Position numbers and translations under genes: made by a program. The notes beneath the pieces were generated by a model. It did not search any database. It saw nothing but the letters and a program-made list of their open reading frames with translations, and was not told where the DNA came from. From Antedon mediterranea (lineage: Eukaryota > Animalia > Echinodermata), in assembly GCF_964355755.1 (NCBI RefSeq), contig NC_092679.1, positions 5,796,201 to 5,860,200 on the forward strand: 64,000 nucleotides of DNA. Reading direction: 5' to 3'. Of this stretch, positions 1 through 12,700 are shown piece by piece; position 1 is the first letter of the stretch, and each line of letters begins with the position of its first letter.

Positions 1-447
1 CCACCAGGGATCTTAGGAAGGTGTTGTAATTACAACTAAATTTAATCTAATTAAAAAACTCCCTGCATCAATTACTCGAAACTAACATCTAAATTGTAAC
101 CAGTACAACTTACCAAAGTTAATACCAATAATAACAAGCAGGCATAAGATCGAAGAAGTGCTCTTCAAAACGACTCCCATTTTGCTTATCAACCGTTCAG
201 CCGATTACTGAAAATTATCGATCATAATCACACTGTCACTGTGTCTTTTTGACGCGTCGTCACGGTTAGATGGAATTTACCCGGATATATTTGAGAGTAC
301 AATGACCATGCAGTGACGTCATCTATCAATCAATAACTTATTTTTAAAAAATACGAGTATTCTATTCAATCTCTGACACACTGACTACCGTAGCTATGGC
401 CGCAGGATGGTGTGGGTTTTAATCAAGTTTATTCATCCATGGTTTAA

Positions 448-1042
448 AAATGTATTGTCCCCCAAAAATATGAAAAATGATAATTAAATCAGACTTTAAT
501 AAATACTGTAATATGTTATTTTGTAGTTTTAATAAAGTTAATCACTTCAGTAGAAAAAAACGAAAACAAATAATGTTTTCACTTATAAAATGACAAAATA
601 AATTTGACAATTTGACAATCTTTTGCTTTAAATTACAGTTTTTTCAGGTAAAGACAGTGGAACCGTAATTACGTAGCCATAACATCGGCAGGGGTTCGAG
701 GCTCACTCACTCCATGGTTCTGGTAGAACGAGTCTTCTCGGATAAGGACTATAAACCGTAGGTCCAGTGTACACATCTAGCTCGTGTGCACTTTAAAGAA
801 CGTAGTACATCTTTCGAGACGAGTAGGGGGTTACCCCGGTGTATTAGTACATCACACTGATCACCAACTGGGCCCTCTGGGAGACCAGTCTTTGACTGAA
901 GAGGTTACCCAGTATATATAAATATAAATTTCAATTCAATTCAGTTCAATACATTTTTTTTCGATCCAATTTGGTCAAATCAAAGTGGAATTTGCGGTCA
1001 AAATGTTATTAAGAATTATTTTTTCAGGGGGACAAAATATCT
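448..1042. mobile_element. Kolobok-like MITE interrupted by a SINE
   Basis: TTAA|A(G/A)ATGTATTGTCCCC ... GGGGACAA..ATCT; same family as 26564-26786 and 53595-53934. Confidence 0.65.
652..947 (+). mobile_element. 5'-truncated Deu/Nin-domain SINE
   Basis: GGATAAGGACTATAAACCGTAGGTCC..TTTAAAGAAC..GAGTAGGGGGTTACCCCGGT is shared with 19768-20125 and resembles the Deu-SINE core; it interrupts the Kolobok-like MITE. Confidence 0.7.
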
Positions 1043-1955
1043 TTAGTAATGAATTTATAATAGTAATAATAGTTTTTTTCAAATATGAATTAGATGTTTT
1101 GCCAAAATATTGGGATATTTTATCTACCAAAATCGCGGAATAAAACTACTCTCTTTTACATTTTGGTATATTTTAGGCCGTGTTTTTCGCACCCAAAAAT
1201 TAATTTTAATTTTGGTGGCTTTGGAAACACGGCCTGTAGGTAAAAAAACCTTTTTTTAAAATAAAAATACTCTGATCTGGGCCTATTGGCATGATTGTTC
1301 GTCTTTAAACTGTTAAGATGAATCCGGCTGTATTGTTGGGTCGATTGCAATAAAAGGTAACTCACTGTTAGCGACTCGACTGTTCAGAAATAATGACTCA
1401 GTAGCCCGTGCTGCCTTAATAATGTGGTTATATCAATTGAATTCGCATGATGGGATGAGTAAGTATAATAAAAGCCTAATAAAAGTACTATGAACAATTC
1501 TAAAACAAAAAAATGTTTTCAAGATTAATAAAATTCGGAACTATTTACAGCCATTGCTTTTATGCACTAAGAATTCCTTCACTTTGAAATATCTGTAAGC
1601 TAACAAATGAACACATTTTAATGGTTTTTGTTATCTTTTTTGCTACTTTTAATTAAATTGTAGTCTATTTTTGATTTTTTTTTTTTTTTTTTTTTTTGCT
1701 GGTGATTCTTATTATTTACAAATTTCGCGGATTCTAACTCGAATCTACCAGGGATCGGTATAAAAATTATTTAATATTTTTATACCTCCCTGGGCCTACC
1801 AAGCATTGATATCAATGACCATGGCGTTTTACTAACTGAGCTAGCCGTGATTTACGAAAATCATTCTATTCAAAGGATAGGTGTAATTTAAATTAATTAA
1901 AACTTCAACGGAACAGGTGTGAAAGACCCTTAGCCTAATTAATTGCCAAAACTGC

Positions 1956-4900
1956 AATAGGGTTGGTGAAATCTGTCCATAATAGGTTACTTTTCTGTCC
2001 ATAATAGGGGACTTTCTGTCCATAATAGGGACTAGAGGGCGCTGTTGTTTGTCCATAATAGGTAACTTTCATAATTGGCTGTCCAAAATAGGCGACTTTT
2101 TGTCCACAATAGGCGAGTTTATTGGAGTAGTGCGCCATCCATTGTGTTGTCCATAATAGGTGATTTTTTTGGCGTACTCGTACATACGTAGTTTATTTCG
2201 CGAGTAGAAGTAATAGTATTATTAGTTAATACTAATTTGCTTTCTCTTCAGACTTCGAGGCTACCTAGGCCTAGCTAGTAGGAGGCCTAGGTAGGTATGT
2301 CAAGAAAAATTTCAAATTTATTTGATTTTAACCAAACTATTTTTTTATAATTCTATTTAAAAAATGGAATTCAACAAAGTTTAAATGAACAAAATCGGTC
2401 AACTATTTTTTTTTATACGATTTCTTTTAATAATCAAATTCGGTGATAAATTGTATATACAAAATATACAAAATTTTGTGACCTTTCTTTTACTTCTGAA
2501 AATATAAAGTCATAACTTTTTTGTTTGTAATTCTTTTTTAATTCTTTTTTCACACCAGTTGAATATCAAACTGATAACATCAAACACAATACATTCATCT
2601 GTATATCAAGATGATTTAGAAAAAAAATGTAGTTAAACTTTACCCCCTCCCCAATAATAGAAATACTGGAACCATAGACATAGCATATTTTAACACATAA
2701 AATCATTTGAAATTTGTTATTCACACAGGTTGAATGACAAGATCATGTATCTACACTGTACATTAAGATGAATTAAAAATAAATTATATTTAAACGTTAC
2801 CCCCCTCCCGCAAAATAGATATTTGAACCATAAACATAGCATATTTTAACACATAAAAATCATTTGAATTTTTTTTCACACAGGTTAATTGGCAAGATCA
2901 TGTAACTATACTGTACATCAAGATGAATTAGAAATAAATGATTTAAAACTTTATCCCCCTCCCAGAAGATACAGGAAACAATTATATACAGTACTGCTTT
3001 ATTGCGTTAATAAATCGCCTTTCACTTTTACTGGTAGCATTCTCTTCTCTTTTTTATGTGTTCCTGACATTTCTATAAAAAAATAAAATATAATCATAAC
3101 TATAACATTTTTCAAAACATACAAAATCAAGTTTAAACAATAAATAAATATTGCATTTAAATAAAATTCTATATTACTTTCAATTAATAGAATGGTCTTA
3201 CCAGACAAATTGTTGAAATAATAGTTGGATGTCTTGATTCTTTAAATTAAAGTCTGATATCTACTGTAAATAAAGCAAAATAAAAAGTTAAAATAAAACA
3301 AAAGCTGATTATTCCTTATACTATTGAAATCATCCAATGGCAGACCACCATTATGGTCACGTGGCATATATCAGCCAATGACAGAATAGTACACCGCCAT
3401 ATGCAATTTCCAAAACCACACCAGTTATTTCAAATGGTGTTTTAATCTTAAATTATCTAATTAATTACATTGGAATCTAAACAAATATCGTATAAAATAA
3501 TAATAATTAATATTTATATTTGACATTTTAGTCACAAATCTGGCTATAGTACGTCGATTTCATAAAAAATATGGCATTTTTAATCTGCTTTAACATGCAC
3601 TATTCATTGAATATAGTGTATTGAACAACATCCATTCTCAACCCCCAGCTCTGAAGTTGGGTTATTTGTTGTGGGCTAAACTGTGATTGATTAACGATCA
3701 ATTTTCTTCAAACTTAGTAGGAATACTGTTTATATTATAAAGAAAAATACAGGATATTTTTTGAAAAAGACAATACTTACGAAATGTGTAAAATTAATGC
3801 GTTTTTCCAATGCTAAAATTAACTTGTGTACCACGTCGCGATCGCTTTTCTAAAAATGTTGTTTTTTTGACAAAAATAAACTTTGACCTGTTCACTATGT
3901 AAACAAGTTCAAAGGTTAGTGAAATTCAGCCAATAAGCATTTTAAATTAATTTTTTAAATCAAGCACCTATATGAAGACGAAAAAAACAGGAACGAGTTT
4001 CCCGACGAAACCCACAGTGTGTGACGTCACGTATCTTGACATACCTAGCCTAGGCCTAATTAGTAGGCCTACCTTACAGCAGGGAAGGAATACAAATGAC
4101 ATGGGCTCATATTAGGTAGATAGGTTTCCTACTACAAACAACTAGGCCTATCCTCATTATCTGTTTTTTTATTATTTTATTTTTTTAATATGAATATTTT
4201 ACAGACTAGGGCCTAGGCTAGGCCTACTCGTAACTATACTGCCTAACTGCAGGTCAGGTCTGGCGGACTAGTCACTATACAGTCTTTTACTAATACCACT
4301 GCCACCACCGCCCACTACTATACTTTGAAGACCGAAATCAGCTACTACTAGCCTAGTCTACTAGACCTATTGGTAGTTTGTCTTCAAATCACAGACATCT
4401 AGATTGCTAGATTGACCTATTTAAATTTTTGTTTTTTTAAATTATTTTTTGAATGAATGAGTCTTATCCAGACAGTTCGGACAGTTAGTAGGTTGGCAGT
4501 ATAGTAGAGCCAGAGCTATTGTTACTGTATGTTATTAATTATGTCATCTATTTAAATCTCAATTTTTCCATATTTTTTGCATGTATCAAAGATTGTGTAC
4601 AGTGTATCTTCTGATCAATGTTATAGTACAGTAGCATGGACATTAACCAGGGTAAGTAACAGATAGGCCCAACTTACAATTGAAGAATAATACTTTACAT
4701 ACAACCCACTAGGCCTACATCTTTTAGGACATTTTTCAATATGACCAAGATACTGTAAAATCCCAAGAAGAAACCTATTTAGAAAAAGTATTTGTTTGCA
4801 AAAGTAATCTTCGGAAAAGAAGGATACAATTTAGTCAAACATTTTTAGAGAGACAAACTGAATTTTATCAGTACCGTAGTAGAAAAACTGACAATACATG

Positions 4901-6641
4901 AAAATTAATTTTTAACATTCTGATTTGAAATATTCTATTCATTTGAATTGCTAAGAAATTAAAAGTAGATATTTTTTTTTTCATTCATTATAAACATTAC
5001 AATCACAGTACAAAGAATAGATAAATCCACTAACAAATTCATGCAGAAAATATTTCAAAATTTAATTGAATGTTATATTATTAAAGCATTCATTCAATAA
5101 AGCATTTGTCTTTAAAACATTTAATATCAGTTTTCATATAGTGAGTATGGTAATAATTGACTCTAACAACTGGTATAAACTTAAATTTAGTAAAACAATC
5201 CTACATATCTTTTTTTAAATGCAATAAAATATTTAAACATAACTGTTTCCCACCATACTGTTTCCCACCATACAACATGAAAATTTGTCTCAGCATTACT
5301 AAGATTGAAGTTACTTGCATTATAAAATACTTAAACATTATTATAGTATTTAAATGCTTCCTTTTTTTTTATTATAGGCATACAGATGTTTGATATTCTG
5401 CTCATATACAGTATGCTGCTCAAAAGAAAAAGTACATCACTTCAACATATTATTTTTGATCATAATCATCGATCAATAATTATACTGTAGTAATAAACAT
5501 AATAATTATGGTGCATTTTATTTATCCTTGCTATTTTTTAAATTGTAGTTTAACCATGTTTTTACACTTTTAAAATTAATATAATTCAGTATTTTTTTAA
5601 TGTGATTTAGATTTTGAATAAACTGTTCTGAATACAGAACAAAGGTGTTGCTTGTACACTGCGTGTATGTAAACTTGATTTATTGTCGTATTTCTTATTA
5701 TTAAACATTAAAATTGATTCATTTAATTAAACAATATAATAAATGGATGAGATGTGCTGCTGTTGATACACTTTAGACTGGGATGGTTTGTCATTGAGCT
5801 ATGTGGATCCAGAATTTTGAAATAGGGGAGGACCTAAAATGACGAAATGAAGTGCTGAACTGTGATGTCTTTTTCAATATTAAATTGATTTTTATTATTA
5901 CTGTTAACAAAACAAAATAAGTCCAAAGAAAAAAAAAATACAACAATTACATTGAAACACCAATGCATTTATAAAAATAACAGTTTACATTTTCATTATC
6001 TTAAAAAAATAAAACTTTATCAATATTATCATTAGAGTATTATGGGGTATTTTTTATTTTTGTAAAAGAACGTGTGGGTTTGGTGATTTATTTAAACTTG
6101 CAATAGTATGGTAAGTTGCGTAATGTCTGTCCGTACTATCAAACCTAAAATGAAGTTCAAATTAAATTATTTGTTGCTGAATAAATTTCACATTTCATTA
6201 TTATTAGTGGACAATAACAAATGGACTAGGCCTAGGCCTAGGCTAGTAGTACTAGTAGGCCTATAGAGGTAGCCTAACTAACAGGACTAGCCTAGCTAGG
6301 CCTAGGCTAGAAAGACTTAAATATTTATATACTAATTAGGCCTCCTAGGTAGCCTCGAAGTCTGAACAGAAAGCAAATTAGTATTACTTCTACTCGCGAA
6401 ATAAACTACGTATGTACGAGTACGCCAAAAAAATCACCTATTATGGACAACACAATGGATGGCGCACTACTCCAATAAACTCGCCTATTGTGGACAAAAA
6501 GTCACCTATTTTGGACAGCCAATTATGAAAGTCACCTATTATGGACAAACAACATCGCCCTCTAGTCCCTATTATGGACAGAAAGTAACCTATTATGGAC
6601 AGAAAAGTAACCTATTATGGACAGATTTCACCAACCCCGCT
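1956..6641. mobile_element. non-autonomous MULE/foldback-like DNA transposon, 4.7 kb
   Basis: Long TIRs (1956-~2270 and ~6345-6641) built from TGTCCATAATAGG repeats; 10-bp direct repeat CCAAAACTGC at 1946-1955 and 6642-6651; no transposase ORF inside. Confidence 0.8.
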
Positions 6642-6699
6642 CCAAAACTGCCTGCCGCGCCTTTGAGTTTACCACCACGCAAGAGGGCGGCATTTATAT

Positions 6700-6772
6700 T
6701 ATACGTCTTTTTTTTTCTCGGGAACCGGAAGTACCGCATGGCGTGTGTGCAACGCGACGGTAAACAACAACA
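6700..6772 (+). promoter_or_regulatory. NEK9 core promoter region with ETS motif
   Basis: CCGGAAGT at 6725-6732, TCTCGGGA and locally CpG-rich sequence just upstream of the ATG. Confidence 0.5.
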
Positions 6773-9700
6773 ATGGCATCCAGCTCATGTTTTGGAGGTG
6801 ATGGTTCTTCAACAAACGAAGGAGCTGTTTATGATTGTTTTCAGCAAGCCATGTACACGCCAATACGTGTACTCGGTAAAGGTGCATTTGGAGAAGCTGT
6901 ATTATATAGAAAAACAGAGGTAGTAGATTGATTTTATCTCTAAAATAGTGCCAGATAGCTAGAGTAGTAGTAGCAGTCTCCACTTTTCACACTGTACTGA
7001 TTGACAGATGATCGGGGCCAGATGTGATGGGGCTCTTATAAAGACGGGTACCAAGGCATGCGGATGTTATGCGCGATTTGAACGATTTGCGCAATTTGAA
7101 ATTGCGCAAAAAAATCCTTGCGCAATTTGAAATTGCGCAAAGAATTCTTGCGCAATTTAAAATTGCGCAAAGATTTTTTTGCGCAATTTCAAATTGCGCA
7201 ATCAACTTGCGCAATTTCAAATTGCGCAAGAAAATCTTTGCGCAATTTTAAATTGCGCTGCACAATTTGTAAATTGCGCAAGATAGTTCTTGCGCAATAT
7301 GACACCTTTGCGCAATTTGAAAACGAACTGTAAATTTTCAAATTGCGCAACAAAATTCTACCAGACAATCGGTATTATAATAATTTATTGGAAACTAAAT
7401 AACTCAAAATAAAACATAATAAATGCGAAGATAACATGTGTATAATAAATACATAACATTTATTATTACAATTAAATAATATTATCACTGTAACTTGAAA
7501 TAAATCAAAATAAATGTAAAAATTAAGTTTTTAATATTAGTTTAAGCTAGGCCATGTAACCTAGTCAGTATCAGTAGTCCAGACCCTAGCTAGGCTAGAG
7601 TAGTATAGCCGGCCGCCCGCGCCGCGCCCGCCTGGTGGAACACCACCGCTTCGTTTTCCTTCGTCGGTATGCTAACTTATAACAATATTTGCACTACTAA
7701 AATAAGGAAATGCGATATTTATCTTTAATTTTGAATCATTCTTAGAAATTACTATAAAAATATGGGTGTGCATGATTTCACAATCTGTCGAAAAACCTTG
7801 CGCAATTTGCAGATTACTTGCGCAATTTAATACGTTGCTTGCGCAATTTGAAACACATGTTTCAATTCAAATTGCGCAAGGATTTTTTTTGCGCAATTTC
7901 AAATTGCGCAAATCGTTCAAATCGCGCATAACACGGACACTCTCGGGCCCAACTTTGTAGATGTTCGGGTTCAACTGTGTGGACGTTCGGGCCCAATATA
8001 ATTAGACGATGGGGGCCATTATGAAATAAAGAGAAGACGATTGGGTCCACGAAAACGAATTTTATATAATAATTGTTCACCATAAAAATATTATTGTATT
8101 CACCCATGATTCACCCCGTTTTATTTATAAAAGTGCAACAGATATACTCATCACCTATCTGGGAACTTCCTTCCCGCTTGGGGAAAATCCAATGTAATAA
8201 TTATAATCCTCTGGTAAACAATATTGTACTGCTAAGCCGTATGATATCCTTCTAACCACGGCAAACTCCGTGGCTAACTGCCCCGATTTCTGGTCTGCCC
8301 CAACCGTCCGCGCATGGAACTCAATTTAAATTTCTCTCTCTTCCAAACAATTGCAATAGTAGACACAGATATACAGTTACCAAATGACAAAATGTGGTGT
8401 TTTTTTTAGCTTACGCCACCTTTATTAATCTAATAATTGTTCATTATTTAACATTTTTAGTGTCTATATCACGCTAAAAGTGAGGTTTTATTGTTGGAAA
8501 TGCTATTAAAACTTTCTATATATCATATTTCATTAAATTAACAATTTAAATGGTAGGTCTTGGTATTACTGTAGGAGGACCTCGAGCGATGACAGCGGTA
8601 CTCTACTGTAGCCTATAATGCTTACTGGGTATTCTACTATAATACTACAGTACTGCCTGCGGCTTATATGGGTACTTTTATTTATAGAACAACTAAAGTC
8701 AAAACCAACTAGCCTACCAAAACATTATTTTAAGTTAGAGGCTATCTTGTATCAGTATCCGACACCAACCTTATTATCGGAGCATCTTTTATTCATGTCA
8801 TTCATGTTATTTAAATGGTAAAAAATATATAATATATTACATAAAAAGGTAATTAGCTATGCTGATGGTGATAACTGGTTGAGCCACCGTGAACAGTAAA
8901 TAACCCAAATAGGCAGGGTTAATCAAACAGACCTTTTTTACTTATCTTTAAGTACAATTCAAGGGTAACGTGGCTTTAATTACCATCGTTTTCGCTTATC
9001 ATTGCTAACTAAGAGTGTATACTATATTCATCATACCAGTTTTATATTTCAGGAAAATTGTTTGGTTGTTTGGAAAGAGGTGAACTTAAAAAGATGTCCC
9101 TCAAAGGAACGGCACGGTGCACAGAATGAGATTGACATACTGTCCATGCTGAACCATGCAAACATTGTCACCTATTACAATCACTTTCTGGATGCAGAGA
9201 CTCTGTTTATTGAAATGGAATATGCCAATGGTAAAATATTGAAGCTTGCTTTACACTATCTAGAATGCAATGCAAGGACACATGTATATCTTTGCATTAC
9301 ATCCTACAGTAGTGGAAATGTCACACGAAAATCGGTCTTGGCGAAAATTGTTCTGGCAGACCAGTTTTGGCTGCCAAAATCGGTCTGGGGGGGCCATTTA
9401 TGGCTGCCAAAACCTGTCAGGCCGGACAGGGCCAATTTTAGCTGCCAAAACTGGTCTGACCTGGATAAATTTGCTATGGCCAGTAGGAATGTTTTTAGCT
9501 GCCAAATATGGTCCTGTCTTACAAATATATGGTGCGCAAACTTAGTTGTAATGTATATATCATTAAAAAAAACCATTTTTTTATAGTATTTACCCAACGA
9601 GATAACTTACTTATAATATCATGAGATATTTTTCTAGCCATAAACAACATAAAACATGTCGTAGGCCTAGTAATTTTATTAACATTGACAGAAGAAAAAC

Positions 9701-12700
9701 CCAGATTAATTTTGCCAGTGGCAGACTGCTTTTGGCCACAAATTTAGAGCCAAATCTGGTTTGGCACTGGACCATATTTGTCAAACAGGAACCATACAGT
9801 AGATATAATAAACTAACTGTCTTATTATATGGAGACAACAATGAACCAAGAATGATAAATACAAAATCAATGGTATAAAAGAAATGTACTAATAATATTA
9901 TTAATAATAATTATACTTTACATTTTGTTTTTAGGTGGAACACTTTATGAAAAAATCAACAACCAAAATGGCCAACTTTTTGCAGAGGAAGTAAGTAAAA
10001 CATTAGTATTTTGACAACAATATAGTAAGTACAGTATACATCTTAGCTACAAAGCTGCTATGGAAATGTTACCATAATTCTGTACTCTAGACTAGACATA
10101 CTATACAACTTGATATTTTATTGCTAGATTTCTCTTGTTTTTTTTTCAGGTTGTTATATGGTATTTCTTTCAACTAGCCTCAGCCTTGAGCCACATTCAT
10201 GAATATGGCATTTTGCATAGGTATTTATGATATGAACGCATGTTGTTACTTTTTAAAAACTCTTTTTTAATTTTTTTTAATCATTTTATTAATATAAGGT
10301 TTTTAGACGCATGCAACGCGACTGCAGCCATGTATATGGCCTTGTTAAAAACGAATCTGGTTTCAATTCAAACTAAATAAATTGTTTTTATCCTAATCTT
10401 TTTAGATAGACATTGACTTGATGATATGATGTAATGAATGATTAGTAATACTATCAATAACAATGTCCATTTTTCCTTAAAGCAACTTAGGTGGTTGTAA
10501 GTAAACATTTAACCTTTACTAAATTTGTTCTGATTTTAAAAAGAGATATCAAGACTTTGAACATATTCCTGACCAAATCAGGCCTGATAAAACTTGGAGA
10601 TTTTGGAATATCCAAACTGCTTGAAACTGAAAATGAAATGGCTGAATCTGTAAGTACCATTTTTTCACCCCAATTGACAGAAAGCCTCTCAGCAGATATT
10701 TTGCAAAAGTAGTAGTACAGTAGTTAATCAAATTTATTTAAATAAAAGTGTTCTCAATAAACACCTGCATTGTACAATTATCTATCTACACAAAATAGAT
10801 TAAATACAAAATTGAACATTTATTTATTGCAGAGCAAACAGTAAAAAAGCAAGTTGTTGCAAGTTATTGAAATATTTTAAGGTTAACAACTTTGTAACTA
10901 TTTACATACGCATATTATATTATGTAACGGTTATTTCTTTTCTATTAGATGAAAAAATTTATAAAAATGCACATTATTGTAATATTTTTTGTCTGTTTTT
11001 TTTTTACTGTGCTTGAACTTTGTACAGCCTGAATTAATAGTCTACATTGTATACGATTTTCTATTGTTTGTTACTTGTGTCCCCGCTTTCCTGCGTAAAA
11101 TCAACAGAGCGTGACCGTATTTGCATAGGAGTCATAATGTTATACAAACGTGGGAAATATCTTTGTACCCCTTCCTTGAAATCGTTATATTGGAACGTGT
11201 ATATTATAGGATTTACACACATGTTGATCAGTGTTATGAAAGTAGTGATGTAGATAGCTTTTCCAGTAGCATGTATTTTTCCGCTGAGTGTACTGATCAT
11301 AAAAGCAATTATATCTGGAATCCAACAAATAGCGTAAATTACACTAACGACAACCAGTGTTTTTATTATACTTATTTGTTTGTCACTTAATGCAGAGGAT
11401 AAATCTTCACCAACTGGTCTTCGAAGCAATCGAAAAATCTTGACATAAACAAAAATCATGGTTGTGATTGGTATCAGCAGGATGTAAACAAACGCGAGAA
11501 TACCGGTCGCCTCCTTGACTCCATTTTTAGGCCATGTGAGGGTGCACTTTCCATCTTTAACTGTATGTGCTATGAGCCACAACATCTGTATTCCAAAACC
11601 ACAAATCCATGGAATTAACAAAATTAGCAATAATTTCTTCCTTGCTTTTTCCTTGAGGATGCCATATTTTACTGGATGAATTACAGAAATATAGCGATCA
11701 ATTGTAAGTACAACTAAATTACCAGTTGATGCATATATGCTGGACCAGAAGAGGTATTTGCTCGACCAAATTTTGCAGATTAAGTCAGCTCCAAACTCTG
11801 AATTCGGAAGATGAGTCATTATTTTAGGATCGAGAAAAAGACAAAGTGAGAGAAGAGATGTCACCAAATCTATTATGGATTGATGAAAAATCAGGAGGTT
11901 CGTTGAACTCTTCCAGTTCTTCAAATGTAGTATAATAAAAATTGCAAATCCATTTATCAAACAGCCAAAAGAACTGACAATACAGTAAAAAATTCTAATT
12001 TCCATCTTCTTACAAAATTATGGATCAAATAAGTTTCTTCCTACAAAGTTATGGAGCGATACCAGTTTCAGCTGACAGAATCCAGGAGTGATCTAGTTAG
12101 TTTCATCATTATTTAACACGCTGAAATTTAATTAGTTATTTACTTTCACTCCTGATCTTACTGTACATTTATGTTCATAAATACATAAAGACTCGAGTTA
12201 CAAATAGTTAGACATAAATTCCACCTTCTCATCATAATTTATACATAAAAATGATAAGATTTGATGGATGACAGCTGTTCCAACATGCAGTATCAGTGTA
12301 ATGGAAATAAATGGGGTGGGGGCGGGGAGATGCTGATATTAAGAAAACATTTTGAATAAAAATGGCAATGTCTTAGGCACTCCTGTTATAAAATCAATAT
12401 ACTTGAAAGTGTAGATAATGGGGTTTATGCCACTGTTAGTCATTGCCATGATGATAGTAATCTGATGCAATGTTCCTTTGTAAACGATAATTGTGTTATC
12501 TATTGAAATAAGGACATACGCCAATTGGTTTGGTGTCCAGCAGATAATGTACGTCACACTAACCATCACCAATGTCTTTATTATGTTTAAGCGTCTTGGT
12601 GATATCGTGCTTCTTATGCTGGATAACCCATCTCCAACCTCGCTGCGAAGTGCGTGGAATATCTTGACATAAACAAATATCATTATGGTAATTGGTATTA

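Noticed and set aside
1175-1938. Possible decayed TIR element upstream of the MULE
   Set aside because: End similarity is too weak and there is no clear TSD.
6459-6923. 154-aa ORF with YYGQ repeats (and 1841-2138 ORFs)
   Set aside because: They are translated TIR repeats; the true NEK9 exon 1 is in another frame from 6773.
6987-8107. LRNLKLRK / AQFEIAQ ORFs
   Set aside because: Products of the TTGCGCAA arrays of the MITE.
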